DNA from: an uncultured bacterium | Lineage (GTDB): Bacteria; Verrucomicrobiota; Kiritimatiellia; RFP12; UBA3636 | DNA length: 64,000 nucleotides | Assembly: GCA_902761575.1 (NCBI GenBank) | Contig: CACWKU010000001.1 | Location: forward strand, 22,435 to 86,434 | Reading direction: 5' to 3' | In this document: positions 1-8,200 of the stretch, in pieces | How the letters are laid out: each line of letters starts with the position of its first letter | Position numbering within the stretch: position 1 is the first letter of the stretch | Program-made: the position numbers and the translations under genes | The notes under the pieces: model-generated | The model's database searches: none | The model's input: only the letters and a program-made list of their open reading frames with translations | Told to the model about the DNA's origin: nothing

Positions 1-2976
1 TAGGAGACGGCGTAGGACGTCGCGTTCGCCCCCTCGTCGTCGGTGCCCATCACGATCCCGGAGAGGGAGATCGTCGCCGTCGTGCCGTTCACCTCGACGG
101 CCGCGGATCCGATCGACGGATCGACGACCGTCGCCCCGCCCGCGCCGAGCTCGCGGACCTGGATGGCGTTGATGCAGGCGTTCCCGGAATACTCGATCGT
201 GAATTCTTCCGAGGCGCCGCTTGCCGTGAAGACGCCGACGAGCGAACTTCCGTATTCCCAGCCCGTTCCGCCGAACTTGACGGTCGTCGTGCCGTCCGGC
301 GCGGTGGCGGACTGCGTCGTATAAGTCTGGTTGAACGCAATGATCTGGACCAGGTACCGCTTTCCGCTCTCAAGGTTGTTCAACTGGATCTTCCGGCCTT
401 TGGGGTTCGCCCACCAGCAGTGTCCCAGCATATTCTTATAGTCGACATCGTCGATGCCGGACGGAGGAGTCGGGGTGGCGGATTGCGCCCCCGTCGTGGC
501 CTCCCATACGACGCAGTCCGCGTTGTTGATGAGGCCACTACTAGCAATGAACGCGACACCGTTGACCGTGTAGTTCCCAGCCGCGTAGGCATACTTAAGC
601 GTGCCGTCGGTTCGTATCGCGGCGCTCGTCGCGCCCAGCGCCTCGCCGGTCCAGCCCTCCTCGGCGGAACCGCCGCCACCGCCGCCCGACGTGCTGATGG
701 CGAACGAGGCGGTCTTGGACGCCGTCTTGCCCTTGTCGGTCGTGATCGTGACTTCGCAGGTGTAGGAACCGTCGGCGAGATCGGCGATCTGGAACGAGGC
801 CGAGGCGGCGGTCTGGTTCGCGAGCACCGCCACCGCGGCCCCGCCGTTCAGCGCGTAGGAGACCGCGTAGGACGTCGCGGCCGCGCCCTCGTCGTCCGTG
901 CCGAGCACGATGTCGGAGAGCGAGATCGTCGCGTTCGAGCTGACGACGCTGGCTGCCGCCGACCCGATCGACGGCGCGACGACCGGCGGCGGCGGCGTGC
1001 CGATCCGGAAGGAGACGGTCTTTTCCGCCGAGGTCTTGTTCTTGTCGGTCGTGATCGAGACCGCGCACGTATACTCGCCGTCGGCGAGGTTCGCGATGTC
1101 GAACGAAGCCGTCGCGGCGGCCTGGCCCGTGAGCGCCTGCACCGCGGCCGCGTCGCCCAGGCGATAGGAGACGGCGTAGGACGTCGCGTTCGTCCCCTCG
1201 TCGTCGGTGCCCATCACGACGCCGGCGAGCGAGATCGTCGCGGTCGAGCCGTTCGTCGAGACGGAGACGGAGCCGATCTTCGGCAGGACGACGACCGGCA
1301 CGCCGCTCTCGCCGAGGTCGCGGACCTGGATGCCGTTGATGCCGTAGTTGCCGTCGGACGTGATGGTGAACGTCTTGGTGGTCTCGGTGGCCGTGAAGGT
1401 TCCCGTCAGCGTGCCGCCGCAGGACCAGCCGTCGCCATAGACCTTGATGAAGTTCGGATCCCAGTACGACTCCTTGATCCAGACATGAGCCTTGCTGTCG
1501 CCGTTGTAGTTGCGGTAGCCGAAGATCTGGACGAGATAGCTGCGTCCGACCGTGAGGTTCTTGAGCGTCACCGCCTTGTCGCCCTGGTTCGCCCACCAGC
1601 AGCGGTCCAGGAGTTCATGGTAGGCACCGGAGACGCTGCTCGGGGCCGACGCGCCCGAGGTCTGGCTGTACGGCCAGGCGATATCGCCCGAGATGTTCGC
1701 GTTGTTGTTCCCGGCGGCCGCGAACGCAACGCCGTTGACCGTGCACGCCGCGGGCGCATACGCATACTCGAGCGTGCCGTCCGTGCGGATGGCGCTGTCG
1801 TCGGTCGGCAGCGGGCTCGCGTACCACGGCTCGGTCATCGTGAAGTCGAGCAGCGTCACGAGCTCCTTGTCGTCGGCCGTCGTGACGGTCACCTTGCAGG
1901 TATGGTCGCCGAGGGCGACGTTCGGGATCGCGAACGAAGCCCGGGTGCCCGTCTGGCCGGAAAGCGCGCGCGTCTTCGCCCCGCCGTCGAGCTCGTAGTC
2001 GATTGCGTAGGACGTGACGGCGTTCGCGTTCGCGTCCGTTCCGAGGTTGACGCCGAAGACCGTGATCGTCGCCGAGCCCGCGCCGTCCGCGTTCGGGGCG
2101 GCCTTGGCGTAGCCGACGGAAGGATCCGCCACGTGCGCCTGGCCGGCGGGAACCGAGAGATACTTGTGCATCGCGTTGGTCAGCGCAGGCTTCCAGAAAT
2201 CCGAATAGGTGAAGAATTCCGGATGGAGGCAGAGTCCCACGGCGTCGTAGCCGCCGTGGCCGCCCTCGCGGTAGCAGACCTTGTCGGGCATCGAATTCTG
2301 CTGGAGGTACTGGCTGCGGAGGTCCACCCAGAACACGCGCTTGTTGTCGACGAACTGGAGGATGTAGTCGTTGACTGCCTCGCTCATGGCCGTCACTTCG
2401 GCCGCTTCGAAGTACCTGCTGTCGAAGCTGTAGGGGAGGATCGGCATCAGGAGGATCTTCGCGTCCGGATGCTTCGTCGCCATCTCGCAGAGCATGAGCC
2501 GGATCGACTCGGCGACATCCTCGGCGCGATCGGCGTGCTCGTTGTGGTCGATGCACTTCTGGTGGCCGTTGTTGATGCCGACCATCAGCGTGAAGTACTT
2601 CGTGGTATAGCCGTCGAGCGCGCCGTTCCGGAGGCGCCACAGGAGGTTCTGGACGCGGTCGCTGCCGATGCCCATGTTGAACGCCGCGGCGTAGTTGAGG
2701 GGATCCCCGTCGAGGGCCAGGCTGGGATTGTTCCAGAAGTCGGTGATGGAGTCGCCAAACAGGACCACGTCGAAGTCCTTGCCCTGGCTGCCGCTGATGT
2801 CGGCGCTGAAGTGGTTCTTGTGGTAGTCGTCCGTGCGCTCCTTCGGCGTGCACGGCTCCGAGCTGGGGTCGGATCCCGGCACCTGGGCGCCGATCACGAT
2901 CGGATCGGCGGACGCGACAGTCCAGGCCATCGCAAGGATCGCCGCCGACAGGAAGTGGAGGAGCTTGAGTTTCATG
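1..2976 (-). CDS. secreted SGNH/GDSL hydrolase with Ig-like repeats and two malectin-like beta-sandwich domains; partial, C-terminus lies beyond window start
   Basis: ATG at 2974-2976 (rc). N-terminus MKLKLLHFLSAAILAMA is signal-peptide-like. SGNH blocks FGDSITDFW, GIGSDRVQNLLWR, GINNG. Malectin-like signature HCWWAN...LVQI...NAIQVREL read on the reverse complement. Paralog of 10964..12616. Absent from the ORF track because it runs off the window edge. Confidence 0.8.
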
Positions 2977-3066
2977 GTGAACCTCGTGTTTGGATGAGCT
3001 GTTGTTTTCCTTGCGTAGTGCCGGTCCGGGCTCCGAGATGGCGGAGGTGCCGTTCGACAAGGCGGA

Positions 3067-3125
3067 ATTCTAGGCGTTGCCCCGTTTCGAAGATAGGGAC
3101 ACGGAACGCGGAAACAAGTAAATTT
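3067..3125 (-). promoter_or_regulatory. promoter of the left-edge SGNH gene: -10 TAGAAT plus upstream ATTTACTTG element 43 nt away
   Basis: rc ATTCTA at 3067-3072. Element ACAAGTAAATTT at 3114-3125. One member of the 11-copy promoter family. Confidence 0.5.
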
Positions 3126-3203
3126 CATTCATTCGCCCGAATCCAACCCGCGGCGCGAAGCGAACGGGTTGCCTCGCGTTCGGCCCGGTCTCCGCGTTCC
3201 CTA

Positions 3204-5243
3204 TCAAACGCGTGCGAGGTCCTTCTCGCGCAGGAGGCGCCAGGCGGCGTCGCGGACGTCCGTGACGTCGTCGCGCAGCCTGCCGCAGCGGCACGGGCGG
3301 AGGCGCACGAGGTGCGTCGCGTGGCCGGGGACGGAGGCCTCGTAGACGCCCATGAAGACGCCCTCGTCCTCCTGCCGCCACACGTCGCGCACGAGCCACT
3401 TGCAGAGCAGCCCGGCCTTCTTGAGGTCGAAGGGCACCATCCGCTCGAAGCCGGACTTGTTGTAGAGGCCGGCGGCGATGGAGCCGTCGGCGAGCGGGCG
3501 CGCCCAGACCTCCCAGCCGTCGCCCTCGGCGATGCAGCCCGCGGCCTTGCCGAGCTCGTCCTGGTCGATCTCGATCACCTCGTCGTTCGTGAGGAGCGAG
3601 CGCGTGAACGGGGAGAGCTTCGTAAGATCGCAACCGATCATGAGCGGCGCCGCGAGGAGCGCCCACATCGAGACGTGCGTGTACTGCTCGTTCGGCGCGA
3701 GGCGCGACTCCTTGCCGTCGTTCCAGCAGACCGCGCCGACGCAGAGCATGTCCGGGTCGTTCCACGCGCCGGGGCCGGCGTAGAGGAAGAGGCGCTTCTG
3801 CTTCTCGATGGCGGCGGAGACCGAGGACCAGGTGTCGAAGACGTCGCCCGTCGTGCGCCAGCTCTGCCCGCCGACGCATCGCCCCCACGCGCTCACGTTC
3901 TCCATGCCGTACTGGCAGAGCGAGAGGACGATGTCCCGCTTCTGGTGGCGCAGCGCGGCGCCCATCACGAGGTAGGGGTACATCGCGCGGAGCACGTCGG
4001 AGCCGAACGCGACGTCGTCGTAGAAGCACCAGTCGTGCTTGAGGTAGTCGAAGCCCCACTCGGCGAACGTCTTCGCGTCGAGCTCCTCGTGCTGCCAGCT
4101 CCCGGCGGCGCGGCCGCAGGTGAACGGACCGGGGCTCGAGTAGATGCCGGCCTTGAGGCCCTTCGCGTGGATGTGGTCCGCGAGCGCCTTCATGTCGGGG
4201 AAGCGCCGGTTCGCGGCGATGCGGCCGTCGGCGTCGCGCAGGGGCCCGTCGAGGTCGGGGTCCTCCTTCGCGCGCTCGGGGATGTTCTGCCAGAAGTCGT
4301 CGACGTTCACGTAGGCGTAGCCGTGGTCCGCGAGGCCCGTCGCGACGAGCGCGTCCGCGGCGGTGCGGACCTTCTCGTCCGAGACGCTTCCGGCGAACGC
4401 GTTCCAGCTGCTCCAGCCCATCGCGGGCGTGAGGCAGATCGTCTCGCCGACCCGGATCGTGAACGGCTTCTCGTCGCTGCCGAGGCGGTTCGTCGCGCGG
4501 ATCGCGAGCGCGTAGTCGCCGGGCTCGTCGATGCGGCCGGAGAGGATCCGCGTGGCGGGGTCGTAGGAGAGGCCCGCGAGCTTCGGACTGTCGAGCCCGA
4601 GGCCGATCACCTCGACGCGGAGCGGCGCGGCGCCGGTCGCGGGCACGCGGAAGAGGATGGGGCGGCCGGGCCGCACGCCGTAGACGCACGGGCCGTTCAC
4701 GCGCGGCTCGGGGCGCTCCGGCGGCGTGAGGATCCCGAGCTGGCGCGACGTGCGCCGGACGTCGTTCGGGAGCACCTTGCCGTCGGCGTAGAGCAGCTTC
4801 GCCCCGCCCCAGACGGCGCCGACGCCCTTCCCCGCCCCGCCGTCCGCCGGCTCGGCGACGAGCGTGAACGTCTGGGCGCCGCTCACGTCCGCGCGCGCCT
4901 TGAGGTCGGCCGTGTCGCCCGCCGCCACGACTCCCGACCAGACTTCGCGGCCGTCGGCGAGGACCTTCAGGGCGACCGTGCCCGGCGCGCCGGCGGCGTC
5001 GATGCCGCAGGACGCCTCGAACGCGGCCGCGTCGCCGCCGACCGGGATCTCCACGGCGAACGGCACGGGCGTGCGCAGCCCGAAGAAGTGCTTCTTCGCG
5101 GGGGTCGAGAAGCGCTTCTCGATCGCCGCGCAGGCGACCTCGCAGACGCCCTCGCCGCGCACGACCCTCGTGACGTCGAACATCTCGGCGGGGACGTAGT
5201 GGACGGCGGCGGGCGCCGTTGTGTGTTTCGTGGAACGTTTCAT
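3204..5243 (-). CDS. alpha-galactosidase, GH27 (melibiase) with N-terminal NPCBM-like and Ig-like domains
   Basis: Motifs LTPAMGWSSWNAF, YVNVDDFWQ, LKHDWC. The ATG (rc of 5241-5243) lies 5 nt after the stop of the upstream CDS. The track ORF 3204..6602 reads through into an overlapping gene in another frame. Confidence 0.75.
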   Translation of the reverse strand: MKRSTKHTTAPAAVHYVPAEMFDVTRVVRGEGVCEVACAAIEKRFSTPAKKHFFGLRTPVPFAVEIPVGGDAAAFEASCGIDAAGAPGTVALKVLADGREVWSGVVAAGDTADLKARADVSGAQTFTLVAEPADGGAGKGVGAVWGGAKLLYADGKVLPNDVRRTSRQLGILTPPERPEPRVNGPCVYGVRPGRPILFRVPATGAAPLRVEVIGLGLDSPKLAGLSYDPATRILSGRIDEPGDYALAIRATNRLGSDEKPFTIRVGETICLTPAMGWSSWNAFAGSVSDEKVRTAADALVATGLADHGYAYVNVDDFWQNIPERAKEDPDLDGPLRDADGRIAANRRFPDMKALADHIHAKGLKAGIYSSPGPFTCGRAAGSWQHEELDAKTFAEWGFDYLKHDWCFYDDVAFGSDVLRAMYPYLVMGAALRHQKRDIVLSLCQYGMENVSAWGRCVGGQSWRTTGDVFDTWSSVSAAIEKQKRLFLYAGPGAWNDPDMLCVGAVCWNDGKESRLAPNEQYTHVSMWALLAAPLMIGCDLTKLSPFTRSLLTNDEVIEIDQDELGKAAGCIAEGDGWEVWARPLADGSIAAGLYNKSGFERMVPFDLKKAGLLCKWLVRDVWRQEDEGVFMGVYEASVPGHATHLVRLRPCRCGRLRDDVTDVRDAAWRLLREKDLARV

Positions 5244-5248
5244 GGGAT

Positions 5249-8200
5249 CTAGCGCGTCAGGATCGCCCGGTAGAAATGGTGCTGGTCCGTGGCGGGCTGC
5301 CACGGGCCGGAAAGCGCGTCGGCGCCGAAGACCGTCACGGTCCCGTTGTAGGTCCCGGCGATGGCCGGAACCGTGCCCGGATCGATTCCCGCGAAGCGGA
5401 ACGCGGACTTCGCCTCGTCGAGGCCGGCCACGGCGCAGTTCAGAAGGTAGGCCGCCGAAAGCGCGTTGTCGGGGTTCCCGTCCGCGTCGAAGGACATCGC
5501 GTTCACGTCCGCGCCGCCGAACGGCACGCCGTTCGCGCGCGCCCACTTCGAGAGCCTGCGCAGCTCCGCCGTCGTGGTGCCGGCCTCCGCGAAGGCGCCG
5601 CCCGTGAGGCCGAGGTCCGCCGGCGAGGTGGCGTCCGTGATCGCCGTGTCGGGGTCCTCGGGCCAGTCCTGGAAGCCGCCGCCGCCGGCCTCGCCGAGGT
5701 CTCGGACCTGGAGGGCGGCGACGTAGCGCGCGGCGCCCGATCCGCCCATCTTGAACGTGACCACATGCGACGATGATTCCGCCGTGAACGAACCGTACAC
5801 CGTCGCGCCGGACGAGCCGTTCCCGTTCTGGATGCTGACGGAGGGCAGATCGCCGATCGTGATGTAGGCGTTTCCATACGAGTTGCGGGCCAGGATCTGC
5901 AGGAGATACGCATGGCCGGCCGTCAATCCCGAAAGCGTCAGATGGATCTCGCCCATGCCCGTATCCACGCCGAAGTCCCAGACCGTACCGAGGAGCGAGC
6001 TGCTCCCGGCGCTCACGTCCGCGCCGACGAAGGTCGGAGCAAAGGAAATGCTCGCCCCGGACAGGTTGGCGCCGGCCTGGAACGTCACGCCGCCCAGGGT
6101 CCGGTCCGTCGAGGCCCCGCGATAGGCGTAGAGAAGCGTGCCGTCCGTCCGGAGCATCGTTTCGTCCGACGCGCTCAGCGTCGCGACGGTCCAGCCCTCC
6201 ACGACGGAACCGCCGCCGCCCGACGTGTTGACGGCGAACGAGACGGACTTCGTGGCCGTCTTGCCCTTGTCGGTCGTGACCGTGACTGCGCAGGCGTAGG
6301 AGCCGTCGGCGAGGTTCTCGATGGAGAACGAGGCGGTGTCGTCGGTCTGGTTCGCGAGCGCCGCGACGGCGGTCCCGCCGTTCAGCGCGTAGGAGACGGA
6401 GTAGGACGACGCGGCCGCGCCCGCGTCGTCCGTTCCGAGCACGATGCCGGAGAGCGTGACCGTCGCGTTCGAGCCTGCAACATTGGCGGTCGCCGCGGCG
6501 ATCGACGGCGCGATGACCGGCGGCGGAGGCGTGCCGATCCGGAAGGAGACCGACTTCGCCGCCGAGGTCTTGCCCTTGTCGGTCGCGATCGTGACGACGC
6601 AAGTGTAGTCGCCGTCGGCGAGGTTCTCGATGGCGAACGACGCCGTCGCGCCGGTCTGGTTCTGCAGCGCCGTGACGGCGGTCCCGCCGTTCAGCGCGTA
6701 GGAGACGGAATAGGAAGTGGCGTCAGTCCCGGCATCGTCCGTCCCCATCACGATGCCGGAGAGAAAAAGCGACGCGGTGCTCCCGTCCGGAGTCGCGGTC
6801 ACGCTGCCGATCGACGGCTCGACGACCGTCGCCCCGCCGCCGCCGCCACCCCCGCCGCCGCCGTCGAGCTCGCGGACCTGGACGGCGTTGAACGGCATCT
6901 TGCCGCTACCGCCCTGATAGGTGATCGTCACGTCCTTCGTCGCGCCGACGGCCGTGAAGACGCCCGTGACGAGCGCGCCGTACTTCCCGCTCGCCTCGTT
7001 GTCGCCGTGGATGTGCACGGGGTCGCACCCGTTCGCGGAGACGGTCGTCGTGTTGTTCCAGTAGTTGTGCGCCAGGAACTGGACGAGGTAGATCTTCCCG
7101 CCTTCGAGATTCGAGAGCGTCAGCGTGACCGTGTGCGTGCCTGATCCGTCGCTGTCCCAGTACCAGCCGTTGCCGAGGGAGAGGCCGAGGTTGCCGCCGA
7201 CGCTTTCGTTCATGAAGTCGCCGGTGAAGCCGTCGATGTTGGGTGTGAAGGAGATCTTCGGAGGATTCTCCGAGGACTGGAGGTTCACGGACCGCTCGAA
7301 CGGGATTCCGTTGATGGTCCCGCCGTTGCAGACATAGCCGTAGACGAACGTGCCCTCCGTGCTGAATGCGGTGCCGCCCGCGTCCATGTATCCGGAGGTC
7401 CAGACATCGGAGACGGCGCTCGTGTTGACGTAGAAGACGACGGACTTCGTCTTCGCTCGCCCCTTGTCCGTCGTCATCGTGACCTCGCACGTGTGGTTGC
7501 CGTCCGCGAGGCCCTCGAGCGTGAACGAGCAGTCTTCCGACGTCTGGTCGGAGAGCGCCGTCACGGCCGCCGCGCCGTCGAGCTTGTAGGCGACGGAATA
7601 CTTCGTCGCGGGAACGGAGTTGGCGTCCGTGCCGAGGACGACGCCCGTGAGCGAGATCGTCGCGTTCGAACCGCTCGGCGCCGCGGCGAGCTCCGCGATG
7701 CGGGGATACTTCGGCCGGTTGTTCGTCGCGCGGTTCTGCGCGAACATCCAGACGAATCGGTGGTTCGGCGCGCCCGCCGTGACGTCGTCCTCCGTGGCGT
7801 AGCACGTCGTCCAGGCGTCGTGGCTGTTGTTCTCGAGCTTCTCGAAGATCACGTCCGATCCGAGCGCCCGGAGCGCCGTGACGATGCCCTCGGTCTGCTC
7901 GACGGGAATGGTCGGGTCTCCGCGGTTGTGCACGGCCAGGACCGGGACGTGCGCGATGTCGGCCGCGCAGGCGGGATCGCCGCCGCCGCAGCACGGCATC
8001 GCCGCGGCGAAGAAGTCGGGCCGGCGGCAGATCGCGTCCCAGGTCCCGTGCCCGCCCATCGAGAGGCCGGTGACGTAGATGCGGTCGGCGTCGACGTCCG
8101 CCATCGCGGCGTAGGCGTCGAGAAGGTCGAACACCGCCTGGAGCGCCGCGGACGGCTTGTCCTGGAACGTGCAGGTGGTCGAGTTCATGGAGAACTCCGC

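Noticed and set aside
3070-4689. 539-aa Arg-rich minus ORF, plus analogous off-frame minus ORFs (595..1596, 1615..3060, 6906..10682, 10911..12692, 13738..15846, 21595..23958, 27073..28230, 29002..30258, 30277..31878, 35175..36296, 42065..47308, 46567..47955 upstream extension, 50351..53209, 53182..54585, 61742..63103)
   Set aside because: They are alternative frames of the same strand as real genes, with Arg-rich composition. The motif-bearing frame was chosen instead.
420-5252. 1610-aa plus-strand ORF and similar giant ORFs (7493..10918 +, 12834..16406 +, 17191..20187 +, 23648..27247 +, 27297..30074 +, 36550..41259 +, 42376..47502 +, 50287..53160 +, 56764..60714 +, 59928..62366 +)
   Set aside because: They are antisense to motif-supported genes and have Arg/Gly/Ala/Asp-rich low-complexity translations with no recognisable domains. 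This is typical of stop-poor antisense frames in ~70% GC DNA.
5249-5650. Shared C-terminal domain as a Bacteroidetes T9SS CTD or PEP-CTERM signal
   Set aside because: At about 130 aa with no hydrophobic transmembrane plus Arg-rich tail, it does not resemble PEP-CTERM. It lacks the T9SS CTD motifs I know, and SD-dependent genes with sigma70-type promoters argue against Bacteroidetes.
3204-6602. Track ORF fusing the GH27 gene with 1.3 kb of upstream sequence
   Set aside because: The upstream part overlaps the giant esterase gene in another frame. The true start is the ATG at 5241-5243, 5 nt after that gene's stop.
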